DNA of 64,000 bases from sequence record MW394390.1; one strand, written 5' to 3'. Positions 38,999 through 47,253 of this stretch are shown here, one piece after another. The stretch comes from Klebsiella phage vB_KpM_FBKp34. The notes under the pieces are model-generated. The model did no database searches. It was not told the DNA's origin and was given only the letters and a program-made list of their open reading frames with translations. The position numbers were made by a program, and so were the translations under genes. The number at the start of each line of letters is the position of its first letter. Position 1 is the first letter of the stretch.

Positions 38999-39373
38999 CT
39001 ATTTAAAATTTGTTTCACACAGTAATGTGCAATGTCGAGAATCACCAACAATGAAAGCATATGCTGTTAGTGCTTCTGTATTAGCATACATTATCTCTTC
39101 GCATGGTGCAAACATCACTTTATTTCCTGAAATTTCACTGCCAATTGTATCTTTAATTGTTTTTGCTACAAGACTTAAAATTTTTAATACTTGATCCAAG
39201 TCTCCAGATTGAATTTTATCTACTATATCCTTAGTTAAGTGACCAACATCTATCGGGTAAAATTTAATACCATCTTCATGTTTTTGCAAAAATTTATAGC
39301 TTATTCCATCTTCTTCTAAGAGGTCTCTGACCATTTTATCCAACATACCAGATAAGTCAACTAAAATATTCAT
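38999..39373 (-). CDS. hypothetical protein
   Basis: ORF. Confidence 0.4.
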   Translation of the reverse strand: MNILVDLSGMLDKMVRDLLEEDGISYKFLQKHEDGIKFYPIDVGHLTKDIVDKIQSGDLDQVLKILSLVAKTIKDTIGSEISGNKVMFAPCEEIMYANTEALTAYAFIVGDSRHCTLLCETNFK

Positions 39374-39458
39374 ATGTTTCTCCTGTAGATATTAAACGTT
39401 AACCTTATAGACTCAAGGTTAACAAAACAGACTTAGTTTGTCAACATCTTGCTTAGAT

Positions 39459-40316
39459 TTAAGAATCTTGGATTATCAATACCCCATTTTTCTTCAATTC
39501 TCTAAACTTTTCAACTTGAATGCAAGCTTCTTGAAAATTTTTACTCAGGTGAGTAGGTACGAAAATTGCCTTTCCTGTTGGATTTAAATAAAATTTAAAA
39601 AATCTCTTTTCACACTCTATCAGATTTCCTTCATTTTTCAAGTAAATTTTGAAATTTTTATTACCCTTTTTGTAAGTTTTAAGCTTTGGAAAAACCTCAT
39701 ACAGTTTACTTATCTCGTCTTCCTCACAAACTGCAATAATTTTATCTGCTTTTATATTGTTTTCCTTCAATTTATACAGAGTATTATGAAGTACTGGGAA
39801 AACTTCACAAGGAATATTAAGACTATTTAATCTAGCTTGATTTATAAATCCATCTTTATCAAAGGTAACATGAAAAATGTACTGTTCATAGGATGTTACA
39901 GTAAACATCAAACTGGTGTTTAGATTCTTACTATCTGCTATTGATTTTTCTAATAGATCTAATGGGATGTTAAGTTGTATGGCACTATTTTTTATGGCCT
40001 TTAAATTTGCAATTTTAACTGTCAAAAATTCAGAATCTATTTCTTCCTGTAGATCATAAAAAATCTTATTGATTTTGTCTAAGATTGTAGATGGGTCTTG
40101 TATGTTTTTTGTTATACAATTTAAAATATTTTTTAATTTTTCAAAGGTATTCATGTAGTCTCCTGTATAAATATACATGTTTAATGTTGAGATATGACTA
40201 TACCAAAAGTCATAATGTGTGTCAATAAAAATATAAAAGAAAACCCCAGCATTTCTGCCAGGGTTTATCATGTCATTCAATTTTAAAGATTGGTCCTGTA
40301 TCTTCCTCTTCTTCAA
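39459..40316 (-). CDS. hypothetical protein
   Basis: ORF. Confidence 0.4.
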   Translation of the reverse strand: MKKRKIQDQSLKLNDMINPGRNAGVFFYIFIDTHYDFWYSHISTLNMYIYTGDYMNTFEKLKNILNCITKNIQDPSTILDKINKIFYDLQEEIDSEFLTVKIANLKAIKNSAIQLNIPLDLLEKSIADSKNLNTSLMFTVTSYEQYIFHVTFDKDGFINQARLNSLNIPCEVFPVLHNTLYKLKENNIKADKIIAVCEEDEISKLYEVFPKLKTYKKGNKNFKIYLKNEGNLIECEKRFFKFYLNPTGKAIFVPTHLSKNFQEACIQVEKFRELKKNGVLIIQDS

Positions 40317-40596
40317 CCTTAGTTTCCTCTACACCAGATGGCAGTTCATCATCTTCTTGCTCCATTTCTGCAAGGACGCTTTCTACTGCCTCTTTGATTG
40401 TTTTTGCAGATGAAATTTTATTGGTAACAGAAGCTTTTTCATCATCCAGTACTGCTACAAGATAATTAACTGCTTTCATATAATTCTCAGCTAACTTCTC
40501 TTGACCCTCAAGGATGCTTGTTTGAAGTTCATAAAGAAGTCTATCCTGTCTTGCTGGACGACCACGACCACGTTTCATAATTTTTGGTTTAGCCAT
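40273..40596 (-). CDS. hypothetical AT-hook-like DNA-binding protein
   Basis: N-terminal KRGRGRPA followed by an acidic tail. Confidence 0.35.
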   Translation of the reverse strand: MAKPKIMKRGRGRPARQDRLLYELQTSILEGQEKLAENYMKAVNYLVAVLDDEKASVTNKISSAKTIKEAVESVLAEMEQEDDELPSGVEETKVEEEEDTGPIFKIE

Positions 40597-40783
40597 AATC
40601 CTACCTACTTATCTTAGACACTTACAGTGACTTACATAAAAATAAAGCGGCATAGAATTAATCTAGCCGCTTATACAAATGCACTTTAAGATATCACCCT
40701 CAGAGGAGAGTTGAGAGTTTATCGGCTTCTTTAACAAAAAGCTGTGCTTATACAGCTAAGGCGCTGCTTGTGCTCATTTAAAT

Positions 40784-40860
40784 TGGCAAACCCACTAGGA
40801 CTCGAACCTAGACTGTACGGTTTTGGAGACCGACATGCTGTCCAGTAACATTCTGGGAAT
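40784..40860 (-). tRNA. tRNA-Trp (CCA)-like, acceptor stem imperfect (possible pseudogene)
   Basis: Good T arm CTAGG/TTCGAGT/CCTAG and anticodon loop CUCCAAA. The acceptor ATTCCCA/TGGGTTT has two U.U mismatches. Confidence 0.35.
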
Positions 40861-40865
40861 ATTGT

Positions 40866-40941
40866 TGGTGGAACCCGATAGAATCGAACTATCTCCTAAT
40901 GCTCTTCAGGCATCCGCGCGAACCATCTACGCCAGAGTTCC
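40866..40941 (-). tRNA. tRNA-Phe (GAA)
   Basis: Acceptor GGAACTC/GGGTTCC. Anticodon loop CUGAAGA. T arm GATAG/TTCGATT/CTATC. CCA encoded. Confidence 0.7.
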
Positions 40942-40946
40942 TTTAT

Positions 40947-41021
40947 TGGCGGGCATACTTGGACTCGAACCAAGATCAAACGGTTAACAGCCGTCCGTAC
41001 TAACCTTTGTACTATACACCC
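40947..41021 (-). tRNA. tRNA-Asn (GUU)
   Basis: Anticodon loop CUGUUAA. D stem GTAC/GTAC. T arm CTTGG/TTCGAGT/CCAAG. Confidence 0.7.
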
Positions 41022-41216
41022 TTAAGTTTTACCATAATAGACAGAGATAGTTTTACCATTCTGATTCATTACGTATGCTACCTCATCTTCTTTAAGAAAG
41101 ATATTTTGATCTAGTCCAGAAATAGCAATACTCTTTTGTTTCGGGTTGAATCCGACACTATTGCCATCATGAATCTCTTCCCCACCTTCTGTCGAAATAA
41201 CTTTTACTGTTAACAT
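41022..41216 (-). CDS. hypothetical small protein
   Basis: AGGAG SD then ATG. Abuts the tRNA-Asn 5' end. Confidence 0.4.
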   Translation of the reverse strand: MLTVKVISTEGGEEIHDGNSVGFNPKQKSIAISGLDQNIFLKEDEVAYVMNQNGKTISVYYGKT

Positions 41217-41262
41217 TTGCTTCTCCTGTGGTTTGTCATCTCTGACTTTTAGTTATAAAAAT

Positions 41263-41340
41263 TGGTCTCCCCTACAGGATTCGAACCTGTGACCCGATGC
41301 ATCCAAAGCACCCACGCTGACCAGACTGCGCTAAGGAGAG
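41263..41340 (-). tRNA. tRNA-Pro (UGG)
   Basis: Anticodon loop UUUGGAU. T arm ACAGG/TTCGAAT/CCTGT. Confidence 0.7.
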
Positions 41341-41346
41341 ATAATT

Positions 41347-41421
41347 TGGAGGGTAGTAGTGGAATCTAACCACTCTAATACTGTTTTGCAGACAGATACA
41401 TGAACACTCTGACAACTACCC
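41347..41421 (-). tRNA. tRNA-Cys (GCA)
   Basis: Acceptor GGGTAGT/ACTACCC. Anticodon loop CUGCAAA. T arm AGTGG/TTAGATT/CCACT. The D arm is weak. Confidence 0.5.
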
Positions 41422-41427
41422 TTTAAT

Positions 41428-41504
41428 TGGTTGCGGCTATGGGTATTGCACCCATCTTACTCTAGTTTATGAGACTAGAAAGAACTCTCTGCCTCCCAAC
41501 CGCA
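41428..41504 (-). tRNA. second tRNA with CAU anticodon (Met, fMet or Ile2)
   Basis: Perfect anticodon stem CTAGT/CUCAUAA/ACTAG. The T loop TGCAATA is unusual. Confidence 0.5.
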
Positions 41505-41595
41505 ATAACTTAATACTTAATTATGGCGGGAACTTCATGCACTCCACCATGCGTTGGAAGCCAAGGAGTGTTCTCATGTAAGTATTCCCATGATT

Positions 41596-41671
41596 TGGTG
41601 CTACGGACTGGACTTGAACCAGTGACAACTCGATTATCGGTCGAGCATTCTACCAACTGAATTACCGAAGC
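41596..41671 (-). tRNA. tRNA-Ile (GAU)
   Basis: Anticodon arm CTCGA/CCGATAA/TCGAG. D arm ATTCAGTTGGTAGAAT. CCA encoded. Confidence 0.65.
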
Positions 41672-41677
41672 ATTGTT

Positions 41678-41763
41678 TGGCGGAAGATGCAAGGGTTGAA
41701 CTTGCACACCCTTTCGGATGGCGGTTTAGCAAACCGCTGTGGCTACCATTTCACCAATCTTCC
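41678..41763 (-). tRNA. tRNA-Ser (GCU), type II
   Basis: Acceptor GGAAGAT/ATCTTCC. Anticodon loop UUGCUAA. Long variable arm. Confidence 0.65.
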
Positions 41764-41843
41764 TAAATTTAAAGGCATTTAAGCCAGTTAATGTTTCCCT
41801 GGATTTATAGACACTGGTTCATTAACATCACACTCGTCTTATC

Positions 41844-41929
41844 TGGCGGTAGATTGAAGAGTCGAACTCCTGCCCTTTCGGACCCCTCCGGGTTCAAACC
41901 GGATTGCCAACCACTTAGCGGAACCTACC
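41844..41929 (-). tRNA. tRNA-Ser (UGA), type II
   Basis: Anticodon arm TCCGG/UUUGAAC/CCGGA. Long variable arm GGGGTCCGAAAGGGC. Confidence 0.65.
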
Positions 41930-41935
41930 TTTATT

Positions 41936-42013
41936 TGGTACATCTAGAGAGATTCGAACTCATCACTGACTGGAACCTAAATCCAGTGCCTCTACCAATT
42001 GGGCTATAGATGC
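41936..42013 (-). tRNA. tRNA with UAG anticodon (reads CUA; Leu-like) but class I architecture
   Basis: Perfect anticodon stem CTGGA/UUUAGGU/TCCAG. Short variable region. The T stem is weak. Confidence 0.45.
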
Positions 42014-42023
42014 ATTTATTATT

Positions 42024-42101
42024 TGGCGTTCTGTATGGTATTCGAACCCATAGAAATCCACCTTGAAAGGGTGGTGACTTTACCTGTTTGTCCAACAGAA
42101 C
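42024..42101 (-). tRNA. tRNA-Glu (UUC)
   Basis: Acceptor GTTCTGT/ACAGAAC. Anticodon arm CCACC/CUUUCAA/GGTGG. Confidence 0.6.
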
Positions 42102-42109
42102 ACAATTTT

Positions 42110-42223
42110 TGGCGGTGAATTCAGGAATCGAACCTGAGCCTACTCCATGACAAGGGAGATTGAATGCTGTAAAACTTCTCTAAGAAGTTATTTTTAGTTA
42201 TTCTACCACTAAACTAATTCACC
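42110..42223 (-). ncRNA. 114-nt tRNA-like gene with canonical acceptor, D and T arms and an internal ~38-nt insertion
   Basis: GGTGAAT TA GTTTAGTGGTAGAAT ... TCAGG TTCGATT CCTGA ATTCACC G CCA. The anticodon cannot be assigned. Confidence 0.4.
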
Positions 42224-42229
42224 TAAACT

Positions 42230-42306
42230 TGGCGCGTCCGACGGGTTACGATCCCGCATTCTCTCCCGTGACAGGGGAGTACCATTACCTAGCCAGCCCC
42301 AGACGC
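42230..42306 (-). tRNA. tRNA-Asp (GUC)
   Basis: Anticodon arm CTCCC/CUGUCAC/GGGAG. Acceptor GCGTCTG/CGGACGC. Confidence 0.65.
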
Positions 42307-42312
42307 TTAATT

Positions 42313-42350
42313 TGGTGTGGGAAGATGGAGTCGAACCAGCGAAGACGTAT
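42313..42350 (-). pseudogene. orphan tRNA 3' half (T arm and acceptor 3' strand plus CCA)
   Basis: GCTGG TTCGACT CCATC TTCCCAC A CCA with no matching 5' half. Confidence 0.3.
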
Positions 42351-42431
42351 GTCGGGAGTTTTACTATTCTCCAGTGTATTTGCTGTATAACTACATCGGC
42401 TAATTTAATTATCAGAAGCTATCTTTTCTAT

Positions 42432-42506
42432 ACTTTCGCTCTACCAGGCTGAGCTATTCCCCGTCAGTTGTTCGGGGAAGCAGGATTTGAACCTACGACC
42501 AAAAGT
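42432..42506 (-). ncRNA. matched tRNA halves in permuted order (3' half upstream of 5' half)
   Basis: 5' half CGGGGAA TA GCTC AGCCTGGTA GAGC G AAAGU. 3' half ACUUU UGGUC GUAGG UUCAAAU CCUGC UUCCCCG A. Acceptor pairs 7/7 and anticodon stem 5/5. An 8-nt linker joins them. Confidence 0.35.
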
Positions 42507-42749
42507 TCCCATTAGATTTTATTTGCTGTAAAGCTTCTTTGATAAAATTGTCGGCAGAAGAATTTATTTTCTATGCATGAAATTTTAAAATTGCTGTATT
42601 TCTTCTTGCCAAGATTTATTTATAAAAGATTCAGAAGATATTCTTTTCGCTACATTTCAAGTGTAATGTTGTTTTATATTTGCTGTAAATCTTCAAGAAC
42701 CTTTTATAGATAAATCTTTGTTTCTAAACTATGTATTTACTTTAGCATA

Positions 42750-42783
42750 GGGGCTAACACCTTGTCAACCCCTATTTTTAATT
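42750..42783 (+). terminator. plus-strand-oriented hairpin plus T-run
   Basis: AGGGGctaacaccttgtcaaCCCCT ATTTTTAATT. Confidence 0.35.
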
Positions 42784-42785
42784 AT

Positions 42786-44225
42786 TTAGAAATCATAACG
42801 TGGTACGTTAACTAACTTCTGCATAACTTTAACAGGTTCTAACTCACCTGTCAAGAGTCCTTTCATAATCGCTGGTGAAAATCCTGAAACCAATGCTGTA
42901 CCTTTCTGACCTACTTGAACTGGCACGTTGCCTCTCTGATGGGCTGCAAGATTCCAGAAAACAAGCTGAGGCATGGTATATCCAGACTGACTGTACATGA
43001 GAGCAATAGACTCAAAGTTTGTCATACCTGAAATAGCTTGGTTAAATTCCATATCAGAGAATACGATAACTTTACTAGGCATATCCCCTTGTGTCAAGTT
43101 GTGTTTCTTACCTAACTCAAGAATTCTTGCAAAAGCTTTCATAATATCAGTTGATCCATACTCAACATGTTCTTGTACCTTAGCAAGTTTCTGTGCAAGA
43201 GTCAAGGAACTTCCTACATCAATAAAATAAGGATTTGTTGAATACACCATCATCTGATCTTTAAAGATGCCTTTATTACGTTCAGCAATGTAAAGAGATA
43301 AAGCAATCCCTACATGAAGAGCATAAATATCACCAGAAACTTTTGCGTTATCAAAAGTCATTGAACCAGAAACATCAGATAAACAGATAATGTTTTCACT
43401 TGTACCTTCAGTATAATCTGGCAATGCTTTCCATTGGGCATTTGCTACTGACTTATCTCCGTGCATACAAGATTTTACAATATCATACGGATAAACAGCA
43501 CCTGCATTGATCTTAGCTTGTCCATCTTCTTTAATCAGGCTTTCACGATACTGTGCATAACGTTCACTGTCCACACGATTAAATAGTGCCTGATAACGTG
43601 CTGCTGCAAGTGATGGCAGCTTGCTATAATCAATAGCACCGTATTCTTTGCGAGAAAGACTCTGTTCCACAGTATTAGACAAAGAGGACAAGAGTTTATT
43701 ATATTCCTGATAACTCAGTTTCATAAATTTAGCAAGTACCTTTGCATTATTTTTATTTTTAACTGTGTTATTTCCACGCATACGTGGCATCCATTTTGCG
43801 CATAGTCCTGCGTTAGTCTTATCTGTTAAACAGTCAGCGATAAACTGCAAGGCTTCTTTTTCAACTGGTGTTCCAATAGCTTCAAGAACATCGTCCCAAC
43901 GACCAAGTTCTGGAATCTTAACTAACAAACGTGTTGCGAGTTTTGGATTCTGGTCACAAATGTTTTTAAATGTTTTTCTAAAAATATTTCTTTCACCCAT
44001 ACCTCCGCGAATATCTCGGGAGTACAGAAGAATACGTACAGCAGTTTCAGCATCTTCACTAAGAGCTTGCCAGAAAAGATCATCAGAAACAACATTCGGA
44101 TTCTTACGTAAAGTACCAATCTGGAAAAACAAATCCACATTTTTATTCAGTGAAGATTCATGAGTAACTGCACCATTAAGTGTCAGTTGGGACTTAGTAC
44201 GGGATGCATCAAACAGCTTAGACAT
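42786..44225 (-). CDS. vWA-domain protein with an N-terminal helical domain (DUF2828/TROVE-like?)
   Basis: MIDAS motif ICLSDVSGSMTF at about residue 283 of 479. Confidence 0.55.
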   Translation of the reverse strand: MSKLFDASRTKSQLTLNGAVTHESSLNKNVDLFFQIGTLRKNPNVVSDDLFWQALSEDAETAVRILLYSRDIRGGMGERNIFRKTFKNICDQNPKLATRLLVKIPELGRWDDVLEAIGTPVEKEALQFIADCLTDKTNAGLCAKWMPRMRGNNTVKNKNNAKVLAKFMKLSYQEYNKLLSSLSNTVEQSLSRKEYGAIDYSKLPSLAAARYQALFNRVDSERYAQYRESLIKEDGQAKINAGAVYPYDIVKSCMHGDKSVANAQWKALPDYTEGTSENIICLSDVSGSMTFDNAKVSGDIYALHVGIALSLYIAERNKGIFKDQMMVYSTNPYFIDVGSSLTLAQKLAKVQEHVEYGSTDIMKAFARILELGKKHNLTQGDMPSKVIVFSDMEFNQAISGMTNFESIALMYSQSGYTMPQLVFWNLAAHQRGNVPVQVGQKGTALVSGFSPAIMKGLLTGELEPVKVMQKLVNVPRYDF

Positions 44226-44307
44226 AATTAACTCCTTTGTTTATTAACTCGTTCGAAATGAACTATAGCAAAAGTTACAAACAGAAGTCAAGTATGTTTT
44301 TAAAATT

Positions 44308-44550
44308 TTAATCAAAATCTTCAGATTTTATTCCATTTCCAGAAAAATCTAGTTCGCTTAAGTATTGATGTTCATATTCTCGATCTGAGTTTGAGTTATC
44401 AAAAGAGTATGAAGCACACCTGGAGCAGTATGGTGATTCATTTATACCATTTTTGACATTGTAGGAATTGTGGTTAAGAGGGGCATCACAGGCTTTACAT
44501 CTAAAATAAAAATTATAGGTTGGTTTATTATTGTTATTGGGTTTATCCAT
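44308..44550 (-). CDS. small zinc-ribbon protein
   Basis: CKAC...CSRC. Confidence 0.4.
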   Translation of the reverse strand: MDKPNNNNKPTYNFYFRCKACDAPLNHNSYNVKNGINESPYCSRCASYSFDNSNSDREYEHQYLSELDFSGNGIKSEDFD

Positions 44551-44623
44551 AAAATCTCACAAAAGTTATAGTTAATAGTTTGGTAATATTACTATACACC
44601 AGAGTGAGATTTTATGTCAAATC

Positions 44624-45478
44624 TTAGAAATTATCTATAACAGTTTCACCAGCTTCTAACCAAACTATCTTAAAAATTATACGGTTAGCATTACCTGATG
44701 TGTTAATTAAATTTACTTGAAAATTAGATCCTTTAGGGAAAATTTGATATCCTTGGTCTCTTGAGCTAGATGCTGAAGTCCTTTGTGACGGATTACTTCC
44801 GCTTGCTGGGATAAAAGATGGTATATCATATAAAGAACCTATTCCTGTAGGGTTCCCAGATAAAACATGAATACTCATTGTTGAATTTGAACCAAATCCT
44901 TGGTTACTTTTCACAGGGGTAATTAAAGAAGCATTAGTTTTTCCTGTACTACCTACATAAGTTCTTGCTTCAAACCCTGTATAAAAAGGTGTAAAATTGG
45001 TAGACACAATAGCGCACTCTTTGTCTGAAGGGACTATAAAATCAATCCATATGTTACCACCATTTGCAATGGTAAGATCCACTATTGCACTGTACAACCT
45101 ACCATCGATAGATGCTGCCTCTATTTGGGTTATTGTTTGTGTAAGTATTCTTGGTTCAATCAACCTTAAAAGTTTTCTAGAAGATGACCTCACATCTGAA
45201 GCCAAAACTTTATGTGCTGCTAATCTTCCCAAACCATAGGTTGAATCAGCTATAACAAAAACACCCTCCATTTGAGAGGGAACATAAAATTCTTCTTTTG
45301 AAGAAATTATATTAACTGTTGATTTATCAATATTTGTTACAGAACTCCCAAAATAAATCCTTATTGGAACTTCAGAGATATTTTCAAGAAGATAAGAAAA
45401 TTTAGAATCAAAACCAGATACAGTATAAAGATTAGTCCAAGTATCATTAGAAATATTTGGAGTGAGAACTCTATTCAT
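44624..45478 (-). CDS. hypothetical Ser/Thr/Asn-rich protein
   Basis: ORF. Confidence 0.4.
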   Translation of the reverse strand: MNRVLTPNISNDTWTNLYTVSGFDSKFSYLLENISEVPIRIYFGSSVTNIDKSTVNIISSKEEFYVPSQMEGVFVIADSTYGLGRLAAHKVLASDVRSSSRKLLRLIEPRILTQTITQIEAASIDGRLYSAIVDLTIANGGNIWIDFIVPSDKECAIVSTNFTPFYTGFEARTYVGSTGKTNASLITPVKSNQGFGSNSTMSIHVLSGNPTGIGSLYDIPSFIPASGSNPSQRTSASSSRDQGYQIFPKGSNFQVNLINTSGNANRIIFKIVWLEAGETVIDNF

Positions 45479-45567
45479 TTTATTTTCCTTATGTTTTATT
45501 TATATTTTAACATAAAGATTAAATATTTACCAGATAAATAAAAGCCCCAATTAAGGGGCTTAATTTT

Positions 45568-47253
45568 TTAAAGTTGTGACGCTGCTCGTTCACGAATCGT
45601 TGTCAGGTCTTCATCGACAATCAGCTTGCCGTTGTAGAACACACGACGCAACTCGTTATCGTCAGACTGTACATCTTCAAGCTGACAATTGTCAACCAGT
45701 TTCAGTTCGCCATTCTCATCACGAACAACCTTCAGGAAACCTTTTGCAGATTTCTTACCGAGGTCAGTCTTCGGTTCTTTGACAACCATGATCTGCTGAC
45801 CATCAATCACAGCGCCAGTTGCCTTAACAGCCATACCCAGTGAATCGCGGGTTGTGTACTGCGTGGTGAAAGAACCGACGCCGTAAACAATGTTGCTGGA
45901 TGCAAAACCTTTTTCTTTCAAACGTTCAAAGATGTCTTTTGCACGAGCAACAGTGATGGAGTCACCGTAAATCAGACCAACATGACTATCAAGAACTTTG
46001 TAACCTTTAGTGTTAAATTCACCACCGAAGATTTCCCACAGACACTGGATTGCACCTTTAACTTCATGCTCTTCAAGACCTGAAGGTTGGAAGTCGAAGT
46101 AGGCATTATTCTCATCGTCAACAAGAATCCGGTAGTATTTACCTTCAATCTTGGCAACTTCTGAATTTGAATCTTCCTGTAGTGCTGAGTGTGCATCAGA
46201 CCAGTCATCAAACTCACCGAGGCTACGATAGCCAGCAATGATATGCTCTGGAATACCAGAATCAGGACGGAATACTACACGACCATCACGGGCCATGATG
46301 TCCTGTTTCAGGATCGCTGCTGCTTTGGTGATAATCGCCCAAAAGTCATAACTGTCTGCCACGTAGGAAACAAAACCTTTAGGGAAAATTTCCGTAATGT
46401 AACGACGCAGGAACTCAACCTCAGCCAAGAAACGCGCTTCATCCAGAGTCAATTCAGGGTGTTCACCTTGTAAACGACCAACGATGAAACCGATGTTCGT
46501 TGTTGCAACAGAGTGTTCAGATGCAGGAATAGAACCAGCAACGAACTTGCCTTTCATGTTGTAATAACGATTTGCATACAGAATTGCTGGGATAGTATCA
46601 GTACCCATTGAGTTGATCAGTTGACCAAACTCACTCTGTGCTGCGTCGTGCGTCCCAGATTCACCACGATATGCGAAACAGTGGTTCTGGAAAGGCACAT
46701 GCAAGTTGTTATCGCAAGTCTCAGCAGCCCATTTTTCAGACAGCTTGCGATACTGCCAGAACGTAGTTGCAGTCGTAATAGTTTTCCAAGTTTCTGCGGA
46801 GATCACACTTTCCAGGAAGTTAGGCAACCAGTAAAAATCAGGATGCGTGTTCTGAATGGTGAACAGCGGAACCTGTACCGGAGACAGAGTACCTTCAGGA
46901 ATCGAACGGATTTCCAGTGGCAGATAACCAAGGTCATGCAGCTTTTCAAATCCCCAAGTTTCAACCATGTTAGGACCAATACTCAGATCACAAATTTCTT
47001 TGTACTGTTCAATAGCTTCTTCTTTACTTTTCTTGAAGAAGTTTTCGTTAAACATGTCGATAAGGAACCACTTAATGAATCCCTGAAGACCTGCCATCAT
47101 AACACGCTGGTCGTTATCAGCGAAGTGAATGAAGTGCTTCGCATTTCGTGGTGTCATGTTGTCCTGAACAATCTCAGAGCGTTTATCGTACATAGAAATG
47201 TGGCTTGGCTTATACCAATCCGCAAACATGATAGGGTTTTCTTTATACAGCAT
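45568..47253 (-). CDS. nadV: nicotinamide phosphoribosyltransferase (NAMPT/NadV)
   Basis: 561 aa. VFRPDSGIP and ADSYDFWAII match the NAMPT motifs (human VIRPDSGDP and SDSYD). Adjacent to prs. Confidence 0.8.
   Translation of the reverse strand: MLYKENPIMFADWYKPSHISMYDKRSEIVQDNMTPRNAKHFIHFADNDQRVMMAGLQGFIKWFLIDMFNENFFKKSKEEAIEQYKEICDLSIGPNMVETWGFEKLHDLGYLPLEIRSIPEGTLSPVQVPLFTIQNTHPDFYWLPNFLESVISAETWKTITTATTFWQYRKLSEKWAAETCDNNLHVPFQNHCFAYRGESGTHDAAQSEFGQLINSMGTDTIPAILYANRYYNMKGKFVAGSIPASEHSVATTNIGFIVGRLQGEHPELTLDEARFLAEVEFLRRYITEIFPKGFVSYVADSYDFWAIITKAAAILKQDIMARDGRVVFRPDSGIPEHIIAGYRSLGEFDDWSDAHSALQEDSNSEVAKIEGKYYRILVDDENNAYFDFQPSGLEEHEVKGAIQCLWEIFGGEFNTKGYKVLDSHVGLIYGDSITVARAKDIFERLKEKGFASSNIVYGVGSFTTQYTTRDSLGMAVKATGAVIDGQQIMVVKEPKTDLGKKSAKGFLKVVRDENGELKLVDNCQLEDVQSDDNELRRVFYNGKLIVDEDLTTIRERAASQL

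Noticed and set aside
41505-41595. Candidate tRNA between tRNA-CAU #2 and tRNA-Ile (ends ...GTTCCCGCCA)
   Set aside because: No T loop, and the acceptor pairing fails in every register tried.
41510-42009. ORFs 41510..41707 (-) and 41791..42009 (+) in the second tRNA array
   Set aside because: Same reason: they run through tRNA-Ile/Ser genes.
42457-42479. Hairpin CCCCG-tcagttgtt-CGGGG considered as a terminator
   Set aside because: No U-run on either strand. It is better explained as the two complementary tRNA acceptor strands (see the permuted-halves finding).
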